A stretch of DNA of 64,000 bases from an uncultured Bacilli bacterium (GCA_944367495.1 CALVWP010000004.1:6202-70201), one strand, 5' to 3'. Counted from the stretch's first letter, positions 20,395-30,963 are shown. A program made the numbers and translations. Notes: a model not told the origin generated them from the letters alone.

Positions 20395-20967
20395 ATGAAA
20401 TTAATCGTTGGATTAGGTAATCCGGGAAAAGAATATGAAAACACAAGACATAATGCCGGATTTAAATTTATTGATAAATTTGCTAAAGCTAATGATTTAA
20501 CGTTTGACAAAGAAAAATTTAATGGCTTATATACAAACTTTACACATCAAGGTGAAAAAGTAATTCTATTAAAACCTCAAAAATATATGAATCTATCTGG
20601 AGAAGTACTGATAAAATTTAAAGATTTTTATAAAATAGACACAAAAGATATATTAGTCATATGTGATGATTTAGATACAGAATTAGGAAAAATAAAAATA
20701 AAATATAAAGGAACATCCGGAGGTCACAACGGACTAAAAAATATCGAAAATCATCTTCATACAAATGAATATAAAAGAATTAAAATTGGCATTTCTAGTA
20801 ATAAGAACCATGATATAATTGAATACGTTGTTGGTAAAATGCCACAAGAAGAATTAGAAGAACTAGAAAAAGTAACTGATCAAGCACCCCAAATATTAAA
20901 AGATTATTTAAATATAACTTTTGATAATCTTATGAATAAATATAATAATAAGGAAGTGATAAAATGA
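20395..20967 (+). CDS. pth: Peptidyl-tRNA hydrolase
   Basis: MKLIVGLGNPGKEYENTRHNAGF. The ATG after a GAAGGTGA RBS is preferred over the upstream GTG at 20386. Confidence 0.93.
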   Translation: MKLIVGLGNPGKEYENTRHNAGFKFIDKFAKANDLTFDKEKFNGLYTNFTHQGEKVILLKPQKYMNLSGEVLIKFKDFYKIDTKDILVICDDLDTELGKIKIKYKGTSGGHNGLKNIENHLHTNEYKRIKIGISSNKNHDIIEYVVGKMPQEELEELEKVTDQAPQILKDYLNITFDNLMNKYNNKEVIK

Positions 20968-23900
20968 GCTTCCTAGATAAAATATTTGACAAAGTAGAAA
21001 ATAAAGAATTAATAGGCTTAAATAATGAGTTAAAAAGTATTTATATTTACGAAAAATTTAAAAACTCAAATAAATCAGTTATTTTTGTTACTTCAAATCT
21101 TCATGAAGCGGGAATCATATATAATTCTTTAACTCACTATACTGATAAAGTATGGTTTTTTCCCATGGATGATTTTATAACCAGTGTTGCCATTGCTGTT
21201 TCACCAGAATTCAAAATCACTCGTCTTGAAGCATTAAATTCATCTATTAACGAAGAAAAAGTAATTATTATAACCAACCTTATGGGTTATTTAAGATTTT
21301 TACCATCTAAAACAAAATTTCAAAACAGTAAAATTAATTTAAAAGTTGGTAATTCAATAAACATAGAAACATTAGTTGAAAAATTATTTAATTTAGGTTA
21401 TAAAAGAGAAACGACCGTTAATATGACTGGTGAAATTGCTATTAGAGGTTATGTCATCGATATTTTTCCTATAAATAGTGATAATCCAATCCGCCTAGAA
21501 TTTTGGGGCGATGAAATTGATTCTATTCGTACATTTGATGTTGATTCTCAGCGCACAATTTCTAAAATAAATGAAATTACTATCTTTCCAAATACTGAAA
21601 CTTTACTTGAAAAACACACCTTTGAATCTCGTCATTTAGATATGCAGTATGAAAAAAACATTACTAATATTGCCGGTTATTTAAATAATCCTATAACTAT
21701 TTATAATAATTATCATACACTAATGATAAATTATAATCTGCTTTTAGAAGAAATAAATAACTATAATATAAGTATAAATGTTTCTAAAAAAACAAAATAT
21801 ATGTTTAGTTTTGAAGAAATACAAGATAAAGAAGCTATAATTTTTGAAGAATTTGATAGTCAAAATAAAAATGCAAAAATATATAATAAAGTTGATATTG
21901 AACCATTTCCAAATAATCCAAAACAAATAAACGAAAGATTAAACATTTATTTAAAAAGTGGCAAAACAGTAATCATTTGTTTAAATAATAGGTATCAAAT
22001 AAACAAATTAATTGAGTACTTAGAAAATCCGCAGCTTACATATACAAATGATAATAAATTATTTCCTGGGAAAATCAATTTAATTGTCAAAAAATTAAAT
22101 AGCGGTTTTATTACTAATGATTTTATTGTTATTACCGAAAAAGAACTATTTAATAAAAAAGAAGAAACAAGTTATAAAACTAAATTCAAATATGGAACTA
22201 GAATTAAAGATATAACTAAACTAGAAATTGGCGATTATGTCGTTCACGGAATTCATGGTATTGGTAGATATGAAGGTATAAAAAGCATTATCAAAAATGG
22301 TTTAAAAAAAGACTATTTAGCCATAACCTACCGTGATAATGATAAACTTTATATACCCGTTGAAAAATTAGATTTAATTACCAAATACTCATCTGGTGAT
22401 GGTATCGTTCCTAAATTAAATAAATTAGGTAGTCATGAATGGCAAAAAACTAAAGCTAAAGCTCGAAAACATGCCGAAGATATAGCCGAAGATTTACTTA
22501 AAATGTATGCTATCAGAGAGTCTAAAAAAGGATTTGCTTTTGATAAAGATGGTGAAGAACAACTTGCCTTTGAAAAAGAGTTTGAGCACACCGAAACTAA
22601 AGATCAATTAAGAGTAACCGAAGAAATAAAAAAAGATATGGAATCTGACAAACCAATGGACAGATTACTTTGTGGTGATGTAGGTTATGGAAAAACAGAA
22701 GTTGCTTTTAGAGCCATTTTTAAAGCAATTATTTCTGGCAAACAAGCTGCTATTTTATGCCCTACCACTATTCTCTCTTCCCAGCACTTCAATAATGCAA
22801 TAGAAAGGTTCAAATCATTTCCTATAGATATTGCTCTATTAAATAGATTTGTATCTCCCAAAGACACTAAAGAAACATTAGAAAAATTAGAAAAAGGACA
22901 AATAGATTTATTAATAGGAACTCACCGAATTTTAAGTGATGATGTCAAATTTAAAGATTTAGGTTTACTTATAATTGATGAAGAACAACGTTTTGGTGTC
23001 AAACACAAAGAAAAAATAAAAAAATATAAAAACAACATCGATGTTTTAACCTTATCAGCTACTCCAATTCCTCGAACATTACAAATGTCTATTGCCGGAA
23101 TTAGAAGCTTATCTTTAATAGAAACCCCCCCAATTGATCGATACCCTATTCAAACCTATGTCTTGGCCGAAAACAAACAAATCATTAAAGATGCTATTTA
23201 TAAAGAGTTAGCTAGAGATGGTCAAGTATTTGTCTTATATAACAGAGTAGAAAACATAGAAAGTCAAAAATCAGAGTTACAAAGATTAGTACCAGAAGCT
23301 AAAATTGGTGTTGCTCATGGTCAAATGAATAAAAATACATTAGAAGATGTCATGATCAATTTTACAAATAAAAAATATAATGTTTTGCTATGTACAACTA
23401 TCATTGAAACTGGTATTGATATCGAATCAGCCAACACTTTAATCATCATCGATGCCGACCGTTTTGGGCTATCTCAGTTATACCAAATAAGAGGAAGAAT
23501 TGGTCGAAGTAATAAAATTGCTTATTGCTATCTTATGTATGCTCCAAACAAAATTTTAACAGAAGTTGCTACCAAAAGATTAAAAGTAATTAAAGACTTT
23601 ACCGAACTTGGAAGCGGTTTTGCTATCGCTATGCGTGATTTATCAATCAGAGGTGCCGGTGATATTTTAGGTAGCCAGCAAGCAGGCTTTATTGATAGTA
23701 TAGGAATAGAATTGTTCATGCAAATGATAAATGAAGAAATAAACAAATTAAAAGGTGAACAAAAGGAAGAAAAAAAAGAAGATACAATGCCTCTTATCGA
23801 TGTTGCCACCTCAATTAATGATAACTTTGTTAGCGATGAGGATTTGAAAATAGAAATTCATAAGAAAATTTCTAATATTGATTCTTATAGTTCGTTAAAT

Positions 23901-24248
23901 AAAGTAAAACAAGAATTAGAAGATAGATTTGGTAAATTATCAGATGACTTAATCATTTATATGCATGAAGAATTATTTGAAAAAGAAGCACAGAATTTAA
24001 ATATTAAAAATATAAAGCAAACTAAAAACTCAGTAGAAATAACATTAGACAAAGAACTAACTAATAAAATAGATGGAGAATTTCTATTCTTTGAAACATC
24101 TAAACTATCTAGAATGTTTAGATTTAGTATGAAATTAGATCATCTAATTATTACTTTAGATATAATAAAATTAGATAAACATTTCATATATTATTTATTG
24201 GATTTTCTAAAAATATTAAAAAAGTCAATAAAAAAAGATAATATATAG
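20964..24248 (+). CDS. mfd: Transcription-repair coupling factor
   Basis: 1094 aa. UvrB-homology, RNAP-interacting and superfamily-2 helicase motifs (GDVGYGKTEVA, DEEQRFG). pth-mfd synteny. Confidence 0.95.
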   Translation: MSFLDKIFDKVENKELIGLNNELKSIYIYEKFKNSNKSVIFVTSNLHEAGIIYNSLTHYTDKVWFFPMDDFITSVAIAVSPEFKITRLEALNSSINEEKVIIITNLMGYLRFLPSKTKFQNSKINLKVGNSINIETLVEKLFNLGYKRETTVNMTGEIAIRGYVIDIFPINSDNPIRLEFWGDEIDSIRTFDVDSQRTISKINEITIFPNTETLLEKHTFESRHLDMQYEKNITNIAGYLNNPITIYNNYHTLMINYNLLLEEINNYNISINVSKKTKYMFSFEEIQDKEAIIFEEFDSQNKNAKIYNKVDIEPFPNNPKQINERLNIYLKSGKTVIICLNNRYQINKLIEYLENPQLTYTNDNKLFPGKINLIVKKLNSGFITNDFIVITEKELFNKKEETSYKTKFKYGTRIKDITKLEIGDYVVHGIHGIGRYEGIKSIIKNGLKKDYLAITYRDNDKLYIPVEKLDLITKYSSGDGIVPKLNKLGSHEWQKTKAKARKHAEDIAEDLLKMYAIRESKKGFAFDKDGEEQLAFEKEFEHTETKDQLRVTEEIKKDMESDKPMDRLLCGDVGYGKTEVAFRAIFKAIISGKQAAILCPTTILSSQHFNNAIERFKSFPIDIALLNRFVSPKDTKETLEKLEKGQIDLLIGTHRILSDDVKFKDLGLLIIDEEQRFGVKHKEKIKKYKNNIDVLTLSATPIPRTLQMSIAGIRSLSLIETPPIDRYPIQTYVLAENKQIIKDAIYKELARDGQVFVLYNRVENIESQKSELQRLVPEAKIGVAHGQMNKNTLEDVMINFTNKKYNVLLCTTIIETGIDIESANTLIIIDADRFGLSQLYQIRGRIGRSNKIAYCYLMYAPNKILTEVATKRLKVIKDFTELGSGFAIAMRDLSIRGAGDILGSQQAGFIDSIGIELFMQMINEEINKLKGEQKEEKKEDTMPLIDVATSINDNFVSDEDLKIEIHKKISNIDSYSSLNKVKQELEDRFGKLSDDLIIYMHEELFEKEAQNLNIKNIKQTKNSVEITLDKELTNKIDGEFLFFETSKLSRMFRFSMKLDHLIITLDIIKLDKHFIYYLLDFLKILKKSIKKDNI

Positions 24249-24267
24249 TTAATATAAAAGAAAGGAA

Positions 24268-24552
24268 ATGGATATGAAACAAAAATATACAAATCAAGTA
24301 AATATAAATATTACGAAAAATATAGGAAAAAAATATGATAAATATAATCATCGAAAATTAAAATTATTTACTAATGATATAAAAATAGCTATATTGACGT
24401 TTCCTACCACCTTCTTATTAGCTTCTTTTTTAAGTGAAAATTCAAATTTAAGTAAATGCTTATATATTTTAAGTGGAAGTTCCTTAGTATATGCCACCAC
24501 TAATCTATATTTACATAAAAAAGCAAAACAAAAAAGGTTCACGATCAAGTGA
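24268..24552 (+). CDS. Hypothetical small membrane protein (94 aa)
   Basis: ORF with one predicted TM segment. No recognisable family. Confidence 0.3.
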   Translation: MDMKQKYTNQVNINITKNIGKKYDKYNHRKLKLFTNDIKIAILTFPTTFLLASFLSENSNLSKCLYILSGSSLVYATTNLYLHKKAKQKRFTIK

Positions 24553-24567
24553 ATCTTTTTATGATAA

Positions 24568-24592
24568 AAAGCGATTTATAACAAACCGCTTT
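24568..24592. terminator. Bidirectional terminator hairpin between the convergent 24268 ORF and ppaC
   Basis: AAAGCG...CGCTTT stem flanked by A and T runs. It overlaps the ppaC stop codon. Confidence 0.5.
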
Positions 24593-26207
24593 AATTGTCC
24601 ATATAATTCATAAGTTTTGGTACAATTTGTTTTTTACGGGAAACTAACCCTTCAAAGAAATGACCTTGCTCTATATTCTCTACTCCAAATGAATTTGCAA
24701 AAATCTCTTTAGCTTTATCATTAAAGAATATATAAGATCCGTTCTTTAAAATGTCAGTAACAAATAAGGCAATAGCTGTATAATCTTCATTAGCTTCTTC
24801 GTTTAACTCACTAATAAACTCTTCTTGTTTACTCATAATCTCATCAGTATTCATAGTTGAAACTTGTCCAATTCCCACTTTTTGGTTATCCACCATAAAG
24901 TTTTTAAAATCACCATGAATAATTTCTGAAATAGTTTTACCTTTCATAGAAGAGCCAGCTTTAAACATTTCCATACCATATTCTCTGTAATTAACTCCCG
25001 CAATTTTACTTAATTCTTCTAATGCTTCTTTATCAACTTCAGTAGTTGTTGGGGAAGTTAAAAGTAATGTATCAGAAATAATTCCTGACATCATAAGCCC
25101 TGCATATTTTTTAGGAATTTTAATGTTATGTTCTTTAAACATTAAATATAAAATGGTCTCGGTACAACCTAAAGGCATATTTCGAAAATTAATTGGAACA
25201 TTAGTACCAATATTACCAATTTTATGATGATCGACAACCTCGATAATTTCCGCCTCATCAAGACCAATAACACTCTGCTCTTTTTCATTATGGTCAACCA
25301 ATATAACTTGTTTAGGATGACGGCTATAAGCCATACTGACTCTAAACACGCCCAAACATATACCATCATTATCAACCACAGGGTAATTACTGTACTTTTT
25401 CTTATTAGCTAAATCTAAAACTTCACCCAAGGCATCATTTTCATTAATATAGACAATTTCCTTCGTTTTCATTTTAGTTTTAATATAATTGCTTAAAACT
25501 ACTAAATTAGCTGTCGTAAGTCCGTCATATTTAGTACTAATGACATCCACATGATTTTTCTTAGCTAACTCTAAATGCTCTTTTTTCATTTTTACACCAT
25601 TAGTTAAAATGATTATAGATGCACAATTTTCAACCGCATATTCAATAATACTATGACGGTCACCAGTAATCAAAACACTTTCACTATCAATCTTAATAGT
25701 TTCCTTAAAAGTTGTACTTCTGTAGCTTGGTGAAATAATATTACCTTTGATTTCTTTATCAAACCTTAAAATTTCTTTACCATTTAAAGCTTCAAGTAAA
25801 TTATCATATGAAGTATCAATCTTTCTTAAATCGTTATTGATTAAGTTACTAGCTACATCTTTCATTGAAACCGCACCTTTGTATTTTCCATTCTTATCTA
25901 CAACCGGGATAGTTCCAATACTTGTTTCATTCATGTATTTGTAACCTTTATAAATTGAATCATTTTCATTTAAAAAACAACCCTTAGTATAATCAACATC
26001 TTTAACCTGTAATCTTACATCATTTAAAAATTTAGGCCTATCAAATTTAAAATAATCTAAAACAAATTCTGTTTCATTATTAATTTCTCCTAAAACTCTA
26101 GGTTCACAATCTAAACCAAGTTGATTTTTTAAATAAGATAAAACTAAAGCTGAAGTAACACTATCAGTATCAGGTTTTTGATGTCCAAATATAAGTACTT
26201 TACTCAA
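24591..26207 (-). CDS. ppaC: CBS-domain-containing DHH/DHHA2 family II (Mn-dependent) inorganic pyrophosphatase
   Basis: 538 aa. N-terminus MSKVLIFGHQKPDTDS (DHH motif), inserted CBS pair and a C-terminal DHHA2 domain. Confidence 0.85.
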   Translation of the reverse strand: MSKVLIFGHQKPDTDSVTSALVLSYLKNQLGLDCEPRVLGEINNETEFVLDYFKFDRPKFLNDVRLQVKDVDYTKGCFLNENDSIYKGYKYMNETSIGTIPVVDKNGKYKGAVSMKDVASNLINNDLRKIDTSYDNLLEALNGKEILRFDKEIKGNIISPSYRSTTFKETIKIDSESVLITGDRHSIIEYAVENCASIIILTNGVKMKKEHLELAKKNHVDVISTKYDGLTTANLVVLSNYIKTKMKTKEIVYINENDALGEVLDLANKKKYSNYPVVDNDGICLGVFRVSMAYSRHPKQVILVDHNEKEQSVIGLDEAEIIEVVDHHKIGNIGTNVPINFRNMPLGCTETILYLMFKEHNIKIPKKYAGLMMSGIISDTLLLTSPTTTEVDKEALEELSKIAGVNYREYGMEMFKAGSSMKGKTISEIIHGDFKNFMVDNQKVGIGQVSTMNTDEIMSKQEEFISELNEEANEDYTAIALFVTDILKNGSYIFFNDKAKEIFANSFGVENIEQGHFFEGLVSRKKQIVPKLMNYMDN

Positions 26208-26311
26208 GTTAAATCTCCTCCTTCATAAGGAATTATATCATTTTTTTCTTTATATTTAAAGTATAAATGCGATATTTAAGTACATACTAAAACCTAGAAA
26301 GAAGGGAAAAA

Positions 26312-26836
26312 ATGAAAGTAGCAGGAATTATAAGAAGAATTGATGAACTTGGAAGAATCGTTATTCCTAAAGAAATAAGAAAAACTCTTCATATAAAAAA
26401 TGGTGAAAACTTAGAAATATATATTGAAAATGGAAATGTTGTTTTAAAAAAATATTCAGAATTAAAATCCTTTAAAGAATTAAGTGACACTATAGCTATC
26501 AGTTTAAATCAAATAACAAAATCAAACATTTTAATAAGTGATATGGACAATTTTATAAGCGCTGAAGGATCATTTAAGAAAAAATATTTAAATAAAGAAA
26601 TTAGTGAAGATATTTTAAAAATCATCAACAATCGCAAATCCGTTGTTATAAGCAATAAATCTTTAAACATAACAAAAGAAAATAAAGAAAAATCCAATAT
26701 CATAGTAAACCCAATTATATCTAATGGCGATGCCGTAGGATCAATATTAATCATAAATAAAAATGAAAATGTTGAAGGATATATAGAAAGTATTAATCTT
26801 GCCACTAACATTTTAGCCAAACATATTGAATCATAA
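26312..26836 (+). CDS. spoVT: Stage V sporulation protein T (AbrB-type N-terminal domain plus GAF domain)
   Basis: 174 aa. MKVAGIIRRIDELGRIVIPKEIRKTL is the AbrB/SpoVT swapped-hairpin motif. Its position after mfd matches B. subtilis. Confidence 0.85.
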   Translation: MKVAGIIRRIDELGRIVIPKEIRKTLHIKNGENLEIYIENGNVVLKKYSELKSFKELSDTIAISLNQITKSNILISDMDNFISAEGSFKKKYLNKEISEDILKIINNRKSVVISNKSLNITKENKEKSNIIVNPIISNGDAVGSILIINKNENVEGYIESINLATNILAKHIES

Positions 26837-26855
26837 AAGAAAAAATGTTATAATT
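26826..26855 (+). promoter_or_regulatory. Sigma-A type promoter (TTGAAT-N18-TATAAT with extended -10 TG) driving the T-box leader
   Basis: Sequence motifs. Lies within the 3' end of spoVT. Confidence 0.45.
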
Positions 26856-26861
26856 AAACCG

Positions 26862-27076
26862 TTAAATGCACTGAAAGAAAGAAAAGTAGGTAACTTTATA
26901 GAGAGTTTATGCTTGGTGGAAATAAACAAGGTAACTACTTCGAATGGCTCTGGAGCAGCCTAGCCGATATTTAAGCTAGGCCGGTTAAAACCGTTATATG
27001 TTTAAAGGTAAGCAAAGCTTATAAATTAAGGTGGTACCACGCTCATAAACGTCCTTATTCTAAGGATGTTTTTTTC
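26862..27076 (+). promoter_or_regulatory. T-box riboswitch leader (probable Met specificity) preceding dut-metG
   Basis: AGAGAG box, conserved T-box sequence AATTAAGGTGGTACCACG, and a terminator hairpin CGTCCTTATTCTAAGGATG + T8. AUG-containing candidate specifier sequences are present. The downstream gene is metG. Confidence 0.75.
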
Positions 27077-27095
27077 TATAAAAAAGGAGGATTTT

Positions 27096-27572
27096 ATGCG
27101 AAAATTTGAAAAAATATCTATGTCCGCTTTTACTAAAGAAACCGGATTAACCGAAAAAGAATATAATAATATAATTATGCCTCATCGAGCTACTGAAAAT
27201 AGTGCCGGCTACGACTTTCATCTTTTAGAAGATTTAAGTTTAAAACCGGGAGAAATCAAGAAAATTAAAACAGGAATAAAAGCTGCCATGAATAATAATG
27301 AAGTATTAATGATATATATCAGAAGTAGTTTAGGCTTTAAATATAATTTAAGATTATGTAACGGGACAGGCATTATTGATAGCGATTACTATAACAACGA
27401 AACAAATGAAGGACATATAGTCATAGCTATTCAAAATGAGGGAGAAAAAAACGTAGAATTAAAAGCAAATGATCGTTTTGTTCAAGGCATTTTCATGAAA
27501 TATTTAACTATCGATGACGAAGAACAAGTAAATAATGTTCGACAAGGTGGAATAGGAAGTACAAGGAGGTAA
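27096..27572 (+). CDS. dut: dUTP diphosphatase
   Basis: Motifs PHRATENSAGYDF and C-terminal RQGGIGSTRR. Start set at the ATG after an AAGGAGG RBS (the track starts at 27066). Confidence 0.85.
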   Translation: MRKFEKISMSAFTKETGLTEKEYNNIIMPHRATENSAGYDFHLLEDLSLKPGEIKKIKTGIKAAMNNNEVLMIYIRSSLGFKYNLRLCNGTGIIDSDYYNNETNEGHIVIAIQNEGEKNVELKANDRFVQGIFMKYLTIDDEEQVNNVRQGGIGSTRR

Positions 27573-27576
27573 TAAA

Positions 27577-29136
27577 ATGAAACCAAAATACTATATAACA
27601 ACATCTATTTTTTACGCATCAGCCAAACCTCATATAGGAAATACATATGAGGGAATATTAACTGATGCTATCGCCAGGTATAAAAGATTAATGGGCTATG
27701 ATGTGATTTTTACAACCGGAACAGATGAACACGGTGAAAAAGTTCAAAACAAAGCTAAAGAAGCTGGAAAAACACCGCAAGAATATGTTGACGAAATATC
27801 ATTAGAAGTAAGAAGAATCGATGATATCATGAATATCAGTTATGATAAATTTGTTAGAACAACTAATCCTCACCATAAAGAAATAGTTGCTAAAATATTT
27901 AAAAAACTATATGATAATGGTGATATTTATAAAGGAAAATATGAAGGATTATACTGCACGCCTTGCGAATCATTCTTTACCGAAAAAGAACTAGTAGACG
28001 GAAAATGTCCAGACTGTGGAAGAGAGGTTCATAAAACCAGTGAAGAAGCATATTTTTTAAAACTAAGTAAATACAACAAATGGCTTGAAGAATATATCGA
28101 ATCTCATCCAGATTTCATAATACCTGAAAGCCGAAAAAATGAAATAATGAATAACTTTATAAAAAAAGGTGTTGAAGATTTATGTATATCAAGAACGTCA
28201 TTTGATTGGGGAGTAAAAGTACCAATTGATGACAAACATATTATCTATGTTTGGTTAGATGCCCTAACAAACTATATAACATTTATTGGATATGACCCAG
28301 ATGAAAGCACAGAAGAATTCAAAAAATATTGGCCAGCTGATGTTCATATAATAGGAAAAGATATTTTAAGATTTCATACCATTTATTGGCCGGTAATATT
28401 AAAAGCATTAGACTTGCCAATGCCAAAACATATTTTTGGTCACCCTTGGGTTTTGGCTTCAAATAGTGATAAAATGAGCAAATCAAAAGGAAATGTTTTA
28501 TATGCTGACGATTTAGCCAATCTATTTGGAACTGATGCTATAAGATATTACTGTCTTCATGAAATTCCTTATGGCTATGATGGCAACATCAGTTATGACT
28601 TAATTATCGATAGAGTAAATTCTGATTTGGCTAACACCTTAGGAAACTTAGTCAATAGAACTATTAGTATGACTCATAAATACTTTAATGGTGAAGTATT
28701 TAAACCAACTAGTTTTGAAAGTATCGATAAAGATCTAATCGAAAATGCGAAAACCTTAGGTGATAGAATTGAAGAAAAAATGAATAAATTCAAAATAGCT
28801 GAAGCTATCGAAGAAATAATTGAACTATGCCGTAAAAGTAATAAATATATTGATGAAACAACTCCTTGGATTCTAGCTAAAGACGAAACAAAACAAGAAA
28901 GATTAAAAACCGTTTTATATAATTTACTCGAAACAATAAGAATATCAGCCGTTTATTTAACTGCATTTTTACCAGAAACAGCCGATAAAATATTTAAACA
29001 ATTAAATACACAAAACCGTTTTATAGAATCTACAAAAAATTTTAAAGGTATGGATTCTGGCATTATTTTAAACAAACCTGAAATATTATTTGCCAGAGTT
29101 GATAAAGATGAATTTTCTAAAAAATTACTTTCTTAA
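27577..29136 (+). CDS. metG: Methionyl-tRNA synthetase (short form without C-terminal tRNA-binding domain)
   Basis: 519 aa. HIGN motif (YASAKPHIGNTYE), KMSKS loop KMSKSKGNV, and zinc knuckle CTPCES...CPDCG. Confidence 0.95.
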   Translation: MKPKYYITTSIFYASAKPHIGNTYEGILTDAIARYKRLMGYDVIFTTGTDEHGEKVQNKAKEAGKTPQEYVDEISLEVRRIDDIMNISYDKFVRTTNPHHKEIVAKIFKKLYDNGDIYKGKYEGLYCTPCESFFTEKELVDGKCPDCGREVHKTSEEAYFLKLSKYNKWLEEYIESHPDFIIPESRKNEIMNNFIKKGVEDLCISRTSFDWGVKVPIDDKHIIYVWLDALTNYITFIGYDPDESTEEFKKYWPADVHIIGKDILRFHTIYWPVILKALDLPMPKHIFGHPWVLASNSDKMSKSKGNVLYADDLANLFGTDAIRYYCLHEIPYGYDGNISYDLIIDRVNSDLANTLGNLVNRTISMTHKYFNGEVFKPTSFESIDKDLIENAKTLGDRIEEKMNKFKIAEAIEEIIELCRKSNKYIDETTPWILAKDETKQERLKTVLYNLLETIRISAVYLTAFLPETADKIFKQLNTQNRFIESTKNFKGMDSGIILNKPEILFARVDKDEFSKKLLS

Positions 29137-29239
29137 CGTAAATTGTTGTAAAATGTCGTTTAAAAAAATCTAATATTACTTGTCTATATAATAAGCTATG
29201 TGCTATTCTTAGATTGGACGAATTAGAGAGGACAAAAAC

Positions 29240-29410
29240 ATGACCAAACATATCAGTGGTATTGGTGTGATGTTTGTTTTAATAATAATTTACGTAAGTA
29301 TAAATATTATAGATAAATTTAACTTTCTAGATTTCGCATATCTATTATTTATGATTATATGTTTTATTAAATTTATCTATATAAAGAAAATTGAAACTAA
29401 AGACCTTTAA
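29240..29410 (+). CDS. Hypothetical 56-aa hydrophobic peptide
   Basis: AGAGAGGA RBS 7 nt before the ATG. Two predicted TM helices (MTKHISGIGVMFVLIIIYV...FAYLLFMIICFIKFIY). Followed by the terminator AGACCTTTAATTAGGGTCTTTTTT. Absent from the ORF track because it is shorter than 60 aa. Confidence 0.35.
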   Translation: MTKHISGIGVMFVLIIIYVSINIIDKFNFLDFAYLLFMIICFIKFIYIKKIETKDL

Positions 29411-29443
29411 TTAGGGTCTTTTTTCTTAAAATTAATAAAAAAG

Positions 29444-30211
29444 GTGATAAAAATGATGATTGATACGCATTGCCATTTAAGCGATGAAGATTATGATAAT
29501 AAAGAAGAAATCATAAAACATATGGAAGATAATATAATGATAGTGAGTACTGCTAGTCCAAAAGATATAAATGAAGTAGTAAATCTTTGTAAAAAACATA
29601 AAAATATATATGGTACTATTGGTATTCATCCCGAATTTGCTGATACTTATACTAATGAAGATTTAAAAAATATTGAAAAATATTTAACTTATTCTAAAAT
29701 TGTTGGTATTGGTGAAATAGGATTAGACTATCACTACACCAAAGAAAATAAAGAAAAACAAAAAGAACTATTCATAAAACAAATTAAACTTGCTAATAAA
29801 TATAAAAAAACAATAGTCATCCATAGTAGAGATGCTATTGAAGATACATATAATATAGTAAAACAGTATAAAAATAAAGATATAAAATGCAACATGCACT
29901 GCTTTAGTGGTAGTCTAGAAATGGCAGAAAGATTTATAAAGTTAGGTGTAACTCTTGGTATAGGAGGTGTATTAACCTTTAAAAACGAAAAGAAATTAAA
30001 GGAAATCGTCACCACCTTAGATATACATAATTTTGTCTTAGAAACCGATAGTCCATATCTAACTCCAGAGCCTTTAAGAGGTCATAAAAACGAACCAGTA
30101 AATATTAAATATATTGCTGCCAAAATATCCCAACTAAAGGGTATTTCATACGCAAAAGTCCTTGAAATTACAACGCAAACCGCACATCGTCAATTTGACT
30201 TAAAACTATAA
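29444..30211 (+). CDS. tatD: TatD-family metal-dependent DNase/hydrolase (YabD)
   Basis: 255 aa. N-terminal MIDTHCHL motif. metG-yabD synteny. Confidence 0.9.
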   Translation: MIKMMIDTHCHLSDEDYDNKEEIIKHMEDNIMIVSTASPKDINEVVNLCKKHKNIYGTIGIHPEFADTYTNEDLKNIEKYLTYSKIVGIGEIGLDYHYTKENKEKQKELFIKQIKLANKYKKTIVIHSRDAIEDTYNIVKQYKNKDIKCNMHCFSGSLEMAERFIKLGVTLGIGGVLTFKNEKKLKEIVTTLDIHNFVLETDSPYLTPEPLRGHKNEPVNIKYIAAKISQLKGISYAKVLEITTQTAHRQFDLKL

Positions 30212-30258
30212 ATATGGTATATTTTAAATGGTTTCAATTTTGAAATATGAGGTGAAAT

Positions 30259-30963
30259 ATGAAAAAATATCACCTGCGATATTTAGGCGTTTCATTACTA
30301 GTAAGCATCCTAACTATCACAGGGTTAATAACATCTGGTAACCTAATTTCAGAAAAGAAAATTGAAGTAAAAAATTTAAACCAGACTAAAGACTCAGTGG
30401 CCTTAACGAAAGTCATTGAGTATGATACAGTCGAAACTTATAACAGCAAAATACCTACTGGCGTCACTATAACAAAAGAGAAGGGGCATACTGGACTTGC
30501 TTATATCGATGAAGAAAACAATGAAATAATCATCGAAAGTCCAAAAAATGCAAAAATCGAAATTGGAACTGGAGACGAAGCTGATTATGTAGGTAAAATG
30601 ACAGGTTATGGTGCCGACTGCGCTGGGTGTTCTGGAAATGGAACGCTAGCTTGTAAAACCAAAAACGGAAGTTATCATAGTTTAATCAAAAATGGTACAA
30701 CTTATAACGACGACGAATATGGTGAAGTTAGAATAATAGCTGCTGCTTTAGATAAATTTCCGTGCGGAACAATTATCAAAGTAGAAAATCCAAATTTAGG
30801 CACCTTTAATGCTATTGTATTAGACACTGGTGGAGCAATGAAAAATGCTTGGGAAAATGGTATTGTCCATATGGATTTGGCTTATGTAACCGAAACCGAT
30901 CCAGCAATTCATTTAACTACAAGTTCTAATGTAAAATATAGTGTTCAAAGATGGGGTTATTAA
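30259..30963 (+). CDS. 3D-domain cell-wall-binding protein (YabE-like, RlpA/MltA-type double-psi beta-barrel)
   Basis: 234 aa. Signal anchor, 3D-domain motif GYGADCAGCSGNG...LDTGGA. Lies after tatD as yabE does in Bacillus. Confidence 0.75.
   Translation: MKKYHLRYLGVSLLVSILTITGLITSGNLISEKKIEVKNLNQTKDSVALTKVIEYDTVETYNSKIPTGVTITKEKGHTGLAYIDEENNEIIIESPKNAKIEIGTGDEADYVGKMTGYGADCAGCSGNGTLACKTKNGSYHSLIKNGTTYNDDEYGEVRIIAAALDKFPCGTIIKVENPNLGTFNAIVLDTGGAMKNAWENGIVHMDLAYVTETDPAIHLTTSSNVKYSVQRWGY

Noticed and set aside
27066-27095. Track start of dut at 27066 (MFFSIKKEDF...).
   Set aside because: That segment is the T-box terminator hairpin and U-tract. A perfect AAGGAGG RBS precedes the ATG at 27096.
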